Origin: Candidatus Helarchaeota archaeon | GTDB lineage: Archaea > Asgardarchaeota > Lokiarchaeia > Helarchaeales > RDOG01 | Direction of reading: 5' to 3' | Assembly (NCBI GenBank): GCA_019058315.1 | Contig: JAHPZH010000005.1 | Location: forward strand, 1 to 64,000 | DNA length: 64,000 nt | Shown: positions 9,241 through 17,817 of the stretch, piece after piece | Numbering within the stretch: the stretch's first letter is position 1 | How the letters are laid out: the number at the start of each line of letters is the position of its first letter | The notes under the pieces: generated by a model | Told to the model about the DNA's origin: nothing | The model's database searches: none | The model's input: the letters and a program-made list of their open reading frames with translations, nothing else | Position numbers and translations under genes: made by a program

Positions 9241-10470
9241 TTAAGACGAGTCTAATTTTGGAATATTAAATACCATAACTGTTAAATATAATATTCTATT
9301 TTCATATCCAGGTTGATGTAATTTGTAGCTAAATATAGTCTCACTTTTAAGTTTTTGATCATCTATGTTGAAATCTTCGACATAATTTTCATGTGATCTT
9401 ACTGTTGGAGTAATTTTGTTTTTAACTGTAGTAGGATCTATATCTTTATTGAATATTAAGATTGCAGTTTTTGTATCTCTCCAACTCAGATATTTCAATA
9501 ATTGATTAATGGTTTTAGTTAATCCTTCTGGTCCTGTCCAAAATTTACATTCTGCTATAAAGACATTTCTATTTTCAAATCGAATTAAGATATCTGTTTT
9601 ACCTTGATAATTAAATGTCTCCCCTGTTGCTTGACCTTCATAATGACCATTAAGAAATATTAGAAAAAAATCTCTTATTTCCTCCTCTTTTAACTTGTGA
9701 AATGTTCTAGGACTTCTTTCCATTGCTAAAGACATATTATTTATAATTTTTAAAGTGAAAAAATAATCTTCATCTGAAAGTTTTGGTTCTGGTTTACTAT
9801 GTTTTTCAGATACTTTAGGACGTAAAATCTTTGTTTTCTTTTGGATAGAAGGAATTGTATATGTTTCAGGTACATCTTTTATTTTTCTTAATGGAATGTC
9901 TAAAGAATGAAGAAAATCTTGTTCGTCCATTAATTTCTTCTTTCTATTTTTAAAAATTCGACTGATATCCGATTTTAACTTCATATTATAACTTTCAATA
10001 TCGTTTCTTGTCCAATTAAACCATTCTCCAAGTTTTTTTACAGATTTTTCAATCTCATCCTTTAATCCCCCTCTTTCATCTTCTGCAATCTCAAAACTTA
10101 TATGAACTTCTTGTCCCTTAATAGTTCCTTTGAAACCCCCTGGATAAAAAGTGCTTGGGTAATAATATAATATACTCCCATCACCCTCAAATGTAATTGC
10201 AATAGTTATTAAATTTCCATCTACCATTCCAAATCCCCTAAAACTTTGAATTCTTATTTCCTTTCGATCAATAATTTCTTTTTTATCAGTTAAAATTGGG
10301 ACCTGAATATTATATTTTTCAGTTAGATGTTTGCAATATTGTTCTTCATCGACATTAAGTATATAACTGGTTTTTTCTCTATTAATTTCTTGTTTTATTG
10401 AATTTTTTATATTTTCTAAATAATCTCCTAAGCTACCCCTATTAAATAAATAATCAGAATACATTTCCAA
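9241..10470 (-). CDS. Protein with C-terminal PD-(D/E)xK restriction-endonuclease-like domain
   Basis: EEEIRD...TGETFNYQGKTDILI...FIAECKFW...QLLKYL. Confidence 0.75.
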   Translation of the reverse strand: MEMYSDYLFNRGSLGDYLENIKNSIKQEINREKTSYILNVDEEQYCKHLTEKYNIQVPILTDKKEIIDRKEIRIQSFRGFGMVDGNLITIAITFEGDGSILYYYPSTFYPGGFKGTIKGQEVHISFEIAEDERGGLKDEIEKSVKKLGEWFNWTRNDIESYNMKLKSDISRIFKNRKKKLMDEQDFLHSLDIPLRKIKDVPETYTIPSIQKKTKILRPKVSEKHSKPEPKLSDEDYFFTLKIINNMSLAMERSPRTFHKLKEEEIRDFFLIFLNGHYEGQATGETFNYQGKTDILIRFENRNVFIAECKFWTGPEGLTKTINQLLKYLSWRDTKTAILIFNKDIDPTTVKNKITPTVRSHENYVEDFNIDDQKLKSETIFSYKLHQPGYENRILYLTVMVFNIPKLDSS

Positions 10471-10942
10471 CTCCTCTTTAATGTTTTTGAATTAACACTA
10501 TTTTTATCTTATTAATTAATATTAATTATGTTTTTTATTCTATAAGCAATATTTTTCCGTTAACTGTTAGTTTTAACGGTTTCTTACTTATTAATTTTAA
10601 GTCATCTCTCTCCCTCTTAAGACCCTAAGATTAAGTGACATATTTTGACTTTGAACCTCGACTCACAAAGTCGCTTCGACATAAGAAGAATATTTAGAAT
10701 AAAATAGAATTAATTATTTTAGATGAGAAATTCGTTATTCATTTAATTCGACTCTAATTTTTTTTTACGATTATTTAATTGTTTTTAACTGTTTAATATA
10801 ATTGTCATTTTGAAATTCCAGTCCCGATAAAAAACCTTGTGGATTATCTTCATAATATGGTCAATACCAATTATCTTGAAGAAAAAATATCGCCAAATAT
10901 TAGTTGAAATATGCAGTTTTCTTATAAGACTCTATTCTAGCT

Positions 10943-11797
10943 TTATTTATAAGATTTTAATTCTACTAAGTGATCCAATTTCCAAAGATTCAAAATACTT
11001 TGAGTTATATATTTGTGACCTTCAGGAGTAAATATATCATTATCTTGTATTTTTTTACATATTTTATCAGCTATTTCAATATGTTTTGGATATTTTTTTT
11101 CATAGATCTTTCTGAAATTTTCTAAAATTTTTTGTTTTTCTTTTGTTATTTTAATAAATTTCTGTATTCCCCATGCATAGACAATCCTGTAAACAATAAA
11201 TCTAAATTTGAATTTTGGATCATATGAAAATTCTCTGTAAACATCTCTTTCTGTATGTGCCGCATTAATTTCATCTTTCACCATAGGGAAATAAAATTCA
11301 GAAATTACTGGAAATCCCTCTTTTTGTAAAATACAATTAACAACAATATCATCGATCATACCACCTATTAAACTAATAGAATCTCCATCAACTTTCCTTA
11401 AAAGATGAAATTTAAAGGGTGCATAATAACCTTTGGAATATATCAAATACCCATGTGTTGCTTCATGTGCTAAAGAATGCACACCTTCCGGACTCTTCAA
11501 TGAAATAGTTTGATTAATTTCAATTCTAATTTTAGAATGGTCTCTATCATTAAAACAAAAAGCTGCTTTCATTCCAGAAATATCTTGTTCTTTTACTTTA
11601 CTAATTTTTATGGGACGGGCTGACTTAATCATTATTTTTTTTAAATAATGTGCCAATTTCTGTGAAATATCCGAAATATCTATACCTTCTAATTTAAATT
11701 TAGTTCCATATCGTATTTGATATTCTTCAGGATGTTCTGTTTTTAAGTGTTTTTTACGATGCGGTATATTTTCATTGCAAATAGGACATTTTTTCAT
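10943..11797 (-). CDS. Zincin-like HExxH metallopeptidase with N-terminal C2H2-like zinc finger
   Basis: CPIC...HLKTEH; LAHEATH; MIDDIVVN...KEGF. Confidence 0.65.
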   Translation of the reverse strand: MKKCPICNENIPHRKKHLKTEHPEEYQIRYGTKFKLEGIDISDISQKLAHYLKKIMIKSARPIKISKVKEQDISGMKAAFCFNDRDHSKIRIEINQTISLKSPEGVHSLAHEATHGYLIYSKGYYAPFKFHLLRKVDGDSISLIGGMIDDIVVNCILQKEGFPVISEFYFPMVKDEINAAHTERDVYREFSYDPKFKFRFIVYRIVYAWGIQKFIKITKEKQKILENFRKIYEKKYPKHIEIADKICKKIQDNDIFTPEGHKYITQSILNLWKLDHLVELKSYK

Positions 11798-11799
11798 TA

Positions 11800-12618
11800 T
11801 TAAAGAGTTCCTAATTTATTTTGTAATTTTAAAATTCCATCTTCTAATTTATAGAATTCTTTTAATTGTATTGAATAATAAAAATCAATTTTCTCAAGAA
11901 ACCAATCTATCAAATCATTAATTGAATCATTACATTTATTTATAAGCGATTTAACATTAATACCCTTTTCATTTTCCTCAATATATCTTTTTATAACCCC
12001 CCACTTCCAATTTCCAATCAATACGTCTTCTTTATATAAAATAATCTTATATTCAGTTGGCTGATTTTTCGTCTCTATTGCTGCTGAAATTAATTCCTCT
12101 GGGAATGGTATTCCTCGACTATAATACGGAAAACTTTCATTCACAAATTTATCTATATTAAAACTAATGGAAAACAAATCAAGACACATAGGAGAAACAA
12201 GTGGTACTTTGTAATGTAGTGTATAATCACGTAATTTAATAATTAATTTCACTTCTTCAACATTTTTGGTCTTTTTATAGTATGTATCAAATTCGGAATT
12301 AAACTCTCTTATGAATTTTATATCAAATAGATGTTTACAAATTTTACATGAATGCTCTAATATTGATTTAGAACTAGCTACATAATTTTGGAAATTGCAC
12401 ATAAATTTAAGATAAAAATCATTATATTTTTCCAAATTATCGATTAATTCATGTTTATTCTCGTATAAATTAATCGAATTGATTAAGTTTTTAAAATTAA
12501 GATTATTAATTCTTTGAGAAAGTGATAAATCTTCCTTTAAATCTAAAATTTTTTTTCCTTTTGAATTATCAATTTTATTAATTTTTTCTTTTAATTTGTC
12601 TAATATTTTCTCTTTCAA
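11800..12618 (-). CDS. Putative HEPN-domain RNase
   Basis: NYVASSKSILEH helix and LRDYTLHYKVP (R-x4-H); 2-bp gap to the peptidase. Confidence 0.6.
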   Translation of the reverse strand: MKEKILDKLKEKINKIDNSKGKKILDLKEDLSLSQRINNLNFKNLINSINLYENKHELIDNLEKYNDFYLKFMCNFQNYVASSKSILEHSCKICKHLFDIKFIREFNSEFDTYYKKTKNVEEVKLIIKLRDYTLHYKVPLVSPMCLDLFSISFNIDKFVNESFPYYSRGIPFPEELISAAIETKNQPTEYKIILYKEDVLIGNWKWGVIKRYIEENEKGINVKSLINKCNDSINDLIDWFLEKIDFYYSIQLKEFYKLEDGILKLQNKLGTL

Positions 12619-12807
12619 ATTTTTTCCCTCATATAAAAAATATCTTATTTAATATATCAATTAATAAATTTGAATCCATGATATTTATAGTTCGTTAAAA
12701 AAAAACATTATTATGAAAAAATAGCTTATTTCCTTAATTTTCTTTAATTTCTTTGTATTTTTTTCTTCCTATCTATGTCATTTTCCTCATATTTTGGTGA
12801 ATGATTA

Positions 12808-13218
12808 ATGATCTTGGTTTTATTACTTGGAATTGTTCAAAATTTACTGTTTATTGCAATCATGTTTGACCCTCAAATAGAGTCTTGTCTTGGAGATCTC
12901 TTGAAAATTCTCGAGAAGCTTAAAGAATATGCGCTTAAAAATAATGTGGTTGTTGTAATTTCTACAGGTTATGCAAAGAACTCACGGTTTGAACCTGCAG
13001 AAGGTAAGATTCTGAGTAATTTCGTAGATGTAATTGTTCATGTGTTGGAATATCGAAATCGTATCGAGTTTTGTAAACTCAAATGGGGACCTTTTCAATA
13101 TTTAATTAACTTGAAAATAGGATTTGTTAAAGAAATTCGGGAGAAACTGAAAGATTATTTTCGATATTTACTTTTAAATATTTCAAAGGTAAGATTTCAT
13201 ACCTGCCATTTTTACTAA
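12808..13218 (+). pseudogene. C-terminal fragment of a RadA/RadB-family ATPase
   Basis: LKEYALKNNVVVVIST...EPAEGKILSNFVDVIVHV; no Walker A; tail overlaps the RPA gene. Confidence 0.5.
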
Positions 13219-13834
13219 AATTTAATTGGCTCATTCCCCTAAATTTCGTGATATAAGCACCAAAGATACGAAGAATCATATTTGGTTTAATATTCTGAAT
13301 TTTCTCATCCCAAAGAGCACATTTAATACACCCAGTCTCATCTCCCAACACTGCGTTAGCAACCTTGTGCATTTTTCCGTCCTTTTCTAATCTTACATGC
13401 TTGAGATTATTGACATCCAATACTTTAACTTTTTCTAAATTAATGTTAGTGGTCTTGTGTTTTAGACGGGATATTTTTACGAATTTAAATCCCGGATAAT
13501 CGTCTCTTTTCACAAGATTTTCATCTTCTCCATCATCTAATATTGACCATTTACCGTATTTTCCGATATTCAAAAATAATGTTCCATTAAACTCACTGAT
13601 ATACCCATTTTCTATAAGAAGGCTATTGCCTAAAGCGATTTTATCTATTACAAACCCCCATACCGTTAAAATCATTTCTCCGGTCTCATCTCTAACCTTA
13701 TATTCTGCAACTCGTTGTTTTTTATTATTCTTTTTGATTCGAACCATTCGTTCTGATATGAGTTCTAAGATTTTTACTTTAATATTAATGCCCCTAGATT
13801 GAGAATTTAAATCTTGAATTTTAACCAAGTCCAA
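13127..13834 (-). CDS. rpa: Single-stranded DNA-binding protein (RPA/SSB) with two OB folds
   Basis: VRDETGEMILTVW and LGDETGCIKCALWD, each followed by a x-Y-I-x-x-F-x-G-x-x-x-L-N strand. Confidence 0.85.
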   Translation of the reverse strand: MDLVKIQDLNSQSRGINIKVKILELISERMVRIKKNNKKQRVAEYKVRDETGEMILTVWGFVIDKIALGNSLLIENGYISEFNGTLFLNIGKYGKWSILDDGEDENLVKRDDYPGFKFVKISRLKHKTTNINLEKVKVLDVNNLKHVRLEKDGKMHKVANAVLGDETGCIKCALWDEKIQNIKPNMILRIFGAYITKFRGMSQLNFSKNGRYEILPLKYLKVNIENNLSVSPEFL

Positions 13835-13839
13835 GTTAC

Positions 13840-14796
13840 TCAGCCCTTTATTTCATCTTGTATAAATCCTGAACCTAATAAGTATACAGAACATGGTTTT
13901 CGAATGAAAAATTTTCGGCTACCAATAAGAAATAATCGTTTATTTGAATCAAATTCGTCAAATCTCATCTCAATGCGTGTAACTTCATCATTCGATTTAA
14001 AAAGTCTTGGGATTGTAACTAAGTGGTCAGTTTCGTTGCATAAAATGATCGTAGCGTTATATTCCTTGGCAACATCTACTAATCTGTCAAATAATTTCCT
14101 ATAAATGTCATTCTCAATATACAAATGAATATTGCTCAGATTGAACGTAGTCGTTATGCTGTCGAGAAAGATCATGTTTGCATTAGTCTCATTAATAGTA
14201 GAAATTAAATCAGATTTAAGAAATGAAGTTAATTCTTCAATTGATGATATAAAAATTAATTCGATATTGTTTATAACTTCATTATGATCGATTTTATATC
14301 TTCTCGAAATTTCTTTAATTCGATTTTCGCTAAAATTTCTTCCAGTATCTAAATAGATAACAGGTTTTTTAGGTAATCCATCCTTTTTTGGTCTAAACAT
14401 AGTACAAATTAATTGATGAACTACGCTTGTCTTTCCAACACATCTTGGACCATAAATTTCATACACCATTTGTGTTGAAAAGCCATTACCAAGAGCAGCA
14501 TCGAGTTTTTTACTTCCGCTTGAAAAGATATAACGTTTTTTTAGCCTTTGCACTTGTTTTTTGTCTTCACCAGAGACCTTATCGTTAATAACAAATTTTG
14601 AAAATGCCTGCGAATCTATAATTTTTTGGGCTTGCTTTTTGAGCTTAGTACTTAATTTTTCGGAAATATCGAAAAAATATTTTAGAGAATAAGGAAATTC
14701 TGCTAATCTAACTATAGAATCAATTCCATTTTCAAGAAGTTTTTGATAAATTTCATCTGTAATGCCCTCTAAATCTCTTAATTTTATTGGATGCAT
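13840..14796 (-). CDS. Divergent RadA/Rad51 paralogue
   Basis: N-terminal HhH (DLEGI...KLLENGIDS), SSGSKKLDAALGNG, Walker A GPRCVGKT, Walker B MIFLDSI. Confidence 0.8.
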   Translation of the reverse strand: MHPIKLRDLEGITDEIYQKLLENGIDSIVRLAEFPYSLKYFFDISEKLSTKLKKQAQKIIDSQAFSKFVINDKVSGEDKKQVQRLKKRYIFSSGSKKLDAALGNGFSTQMVYEIYGPRCVGKTSVVHQLICTMFRPKKDGLPKKPVIYLDTGRNFSENRIKEISRRYKIDHNEVINNIELIFISSIEELTSFLKSDLISTINETNANMIFLDSITTTFNLSNIHLYIENDIYRKLFDRLVDVAKEYNATIILCNETDHLVTIPRLFKSNDEVTRIEMRFDEFDSNKRLFLIGSRKFFIRKPCSVYLLGSGFIQDEIKG

Positions 14797-15020
14797 GAGA
14801 TCAAAACATCTTATAAATCTTATTTGTATATTTCTGATGAGTTTTGGAGGGTATATTTTACTCTATTTAAATGTTTTTATTTGCATTAATTTTTCTAAAA
14901 ATTCAAATTTTCTAAAAGGAATTAACTATAGATTATATGAATTAATTATTCTTTACCTAAATCCCTATCCCTTAATTTAATTTCCTATAAATATTTAATA
15001 CTTTTTCAAAAAATATTTGT

Positions 15021-15470
15021 CTAATTTCCTACTTTTCTTCGCTCACTTAATTGTCCAATTTTTATTCTACCTTTGTAGTCTCCTTCTGGAATAACCTTTA
15101 TATTTCCAGAACTATCTAATTCGATAAAATCTATCCTATGTTTCGGCTCTGATTGTTCTATTTGAACCACTTTATTTTTATAAATCTTTATATTTAATTT
15201 TGAGGGATAAGTTGAAATTGTGACAAATATTTTATTATCCGAAGCATAAGCTCTATCTTTGTTACTTATTTTTATAGGATCTTTCCAATCTGCATCGGAG
15301 ATAACTTCTACTTCTCCAGAGCTTACTATCTTAATATAATCTGTTCTAGGAGTTGGTATAATTTGGTCTATTTGAATAATCCCATTAAAATATGCTAATA
15401 TGCTTAAATTACTCTTTTCAAAATATATTTCTTCATAATTTGAACCATGATTTAATATGTAATTTTCCAT
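15021..15470 (-). CDS. Hypothetical protein with two internal repeats
   Basis: IQIDQIIPTPRTDYIKIVSSGEVEVISDADWKDPIKI vs VQIEQSEPKHRIDFIELDSSGNIKVIPEGDYKGRIKI. Confidence 0.65.
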   Translation of the reverse strand: MENYILNHGSNYEEIYFEKSNLSILAYFNGIIQIDQIIPTPRTDYIKIVSSGEVEVISDADWKDPIKISNKDRAYASDNKIFVTISTYPSKLNIKIYKNKVVQIEQSEPKHRIDFIELDSSGNIKVIPEGDYKGRIKIGQLSERRKVGN

Positions 15471-16017
15471 AAAGTATTATTTAGTTATTAATCTTAAAAG
15501 ATAATAGAGAGAGTACTGTAAAAGTAATATAACTGAAAAATTGATATTAATTGGAAGATAAAATTTTAATAAAAATATTGCAAAATGGTAAAATACTGAT
15601 TAATAGAATAACATTTGAATATAATATACAATCCCCATACTTCCAACTTTATACCATTTTTTTTTCAAACTCCCCCAAGCTAAATTTTGAAGTTAAAGTA
15701 ATATATTACTAACACAAATAAAGATTATAAATAATCTAATTTTTGGTGAATTATTATTTCGGAAAAAATCCTTTTTCTACGATGCGCTAAGTGTGGCGCA
15801 TTTTTATTCACCTACTTTAAGCTTGGTGAAGTTAGATTGTGGGAGTGTTGGAAAATCCGAATCTTTGATGATTGTAGTATTAGAGTATATAATTTAGTAA
15901 AATGTTCTTGTGGAAATATTATAGGTGAAGATAAAGGGGATTATATAAAGATGCATCAAAATTCTTTCATAGTCTAAAAGACTATTTTTATCCATAAAGA
16001 ATAAAATAAGTCAACTA

Positions 16018-16884
16018 TTATTTTTTAAGACTTAAAATTTCACGTGCTTCGTCCGGTGTAGCGACTTCTTTTCCTAACTCACGAATTATTCGTACCATTT
16101 TTGCAACGAGATCAGCATTACTTTTTGCTAAAACCCCTCTAGATAAATATACATTATCTTCAAAACCAACTCTCACATTTCCACCCAACATTACACTTAG
16201 TGCTCCTAAGGGTATTTGATGGCGACTTATTCCTATAACTTGCCACGTACAGTCTGGAGGCAATGATTCTTTCATAAATATTAGATTTTTAGGAGTGGCT
16301 GGAATACCTCCAGCAGTTCCTAGAACAAGACTGAATTGGGGAGGAGAATCTAATAATTTTTGATTTATTACAAGCTCGATTGCAGAATTAATATGTCCTG
16401 GTTCATATACTTCTAATTCAGGTTTAACTCCTAGTTCTAACATCTTTTTAGCAAAATTTTGGATAAGATCGGGTGGATTCGGAAAAATTGAACGACCAAA
16501 ATTCATACTACCAGTATTCAAACTAGCCATTTCTGGCTTTAAAACTTCAACAGGTTTAAGACGTTTCATTTGTTCGAGGCCGGATATTGTAGTTGCTCCC
16601 CCGCCAGTCGTAATTTGGCAAATGATATCACATTTTTCCTTTATTAACTTGAGATATTCACCAAAAATTGGAACTGCTTCTTCGCCACTAATTGGACGAC
16701 CAGTTTTCGGGTTCCTTGCATGAAGATGAACAACAGCAGCTCCCGCTTCGTAAGATTTGAAAGCCTCTTCAGCTACTTCTTCTGGGGTATAAGGTATATT
16801 GGGGTTATTTTTTCTTGTTGGAATTGAACCAGTTACCGCGGCTGTAATTATTACTTTATTTTCAATCAAATTCATCACTCTCAT
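16018..16884 (-). CDS. kce: 3-keto-5-aminohexanoate cleavage enzyme family (BKACE, DUF849)
   Basis: IITAAVTG; PYTPEE; VHLHAR; QITTGG; PEMASLNTGSMNF; VRVGFEDN. Confidence 0.9.
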   Translation of the reverse strand: MRVMNLIENKVIITAAVTGSIPTRKNNPNIPYTPEEVAEEAFKSYEAGAAVVHLHARNPKTGRPISGEEAVPIFGEYLKLIKEKCDIICQITTGGGATTISGLEQMKRLKPVEVLKPEMASLNTGSMNFGRSIFPNPPDLIQNFAKKMLELGVKPELEVYEPGHINSAIELVINQKLLDSPPQFSLVLGTAGGIPATPKNLIFMKESLPPDCTWQVIGISRHQIPLGALSVMLGGNVRVGFEDNVYLSRGVLAKSNADLVAKMVRIIRELGKEVATPDEAREILSLKK

Positions 16885-16923
16885 ATATTATTTTAAATTA
16901 TTAAGAATTGACATAATATTGAA

Positions 16924-17436
16924 TTACTTTAGTAAATTTAAAATTGGAGATTTATCATTAAGTTTAATAATATTATAAACTACAAAGGTTTCAGTTTCTT
17001 TAATACCCCCAAGTTTATGTAATTCACTTATTATTTGCCTAACTTCATCATTATCTTTTACTAATATTTCTATTATACCATCATATTTACCAAAAAGGCG
17101 AGAAAATTCAGTAACTTGGGGTATTCTAACAATTTTTTTTTCGTTTTCCTCTCTAGTTTTTGAATCCGGATCTTCACGAAACAAAATATAGGCTTTAACT
17201 CTTAATTCTTCAATATTTTGATAATTTGTTTCAATTGTAAATGATTTGATAAGACCTTTTTCCTCTAATTTTTTTATTCTTTGAGACACATTTTGTCTTG
17301 TCGTTCCCACTTGTTTCGAAATACTACTAAGTGGTTGGTTACTATCTTCAAGAAGACATCTTAATATCTTTTTGTCGGTTTCTTTTAGATCGCGGATTTT
17401 TAAGATTTTAGATTCCATATACATTACAATATGCAA
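16924..17436 (-). CDS. Lrp/AsnC transcriptional regulator
   Basis: TDKKILRCL HTH; RIKKLEEKGLI; GKYD RAM domain. Confidence 0.9.
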   Translation of the reverse strand: MHIVMYMESKILKIRDLKETDKKILRCLLEDSNQPLSSISKQVGTTRQNVSQRIKKLEEKGLIKSFTIETNYQNIEELRVKAYILFREDPDSKTREENEKKIVRIPQVTEFSRLFGKYDGIIEILVKDNDEVRQIISELHKLGGIKETETFVVYNIIKLNDKSPILNLLK

Positions 17437-17656
17437 TTAAGTTTATAAATATTTTTAACAAATGTAAAGTAATATCTGACAAATTATAACCAATGTAAAA
17501 ACATTTATATATATCGTTTTTTTAATGTCCTTTGGTATTTACAAAGATGATGAAAGCGACAAAAATATTTGTTCGAAGAACTGGAAGAGAATACTTACCA
17601 ATTTTATATTTATAATTAAATAAAAAGGTTATAATCAAATAATAAGGTGACCTAAA

Positions 17657-17797
17657 ATAAATCAACCTAAATTCAGTACTCTAGAAACCAAATTGACTGG
17701 AGAATATTATGAGAAATTATTAGCAATAGAAAATCCAAAATTACATCAATTTATTGCTAAATATCTTAAATTATATGACCCCTTGTTGTTCTTTTAA
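17657..17797 (+). pseudogene. pckG: N-terminal remnant of an archaeal-type GTP-dependent PEP carboxykinase
   Basis: INQPKFSTLETKLTGEYYEKLLAIENPKLHQFIAKYLKLYDP resembles the L..kl..e.yeKl.ai.NP.lh.Fia.y..l..P start of archaeal PckG; AAGGTGA RBS; ATA in place of ATG. Confidence 0.6.
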
Positions 17798-17817
17798 GAT
17801 ATTAATTCAAAAAAAAA

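Noticed and set aside
5121-10470. Classical restriction-modification system formed by the methyltransferase and the PD-(D/E)xK nuclease
   Set aside because: The methyltransferase lacks DNA-methylase catalytic motifs, and the genes are separated and on opposite strands
15560-15680. Minus-strand RBS plus MKKKWYKVGSMGIVYIIF signal-peptide-like ORF
   Set aside because: It stops after about 34 codons; at most a relic, too weak to call
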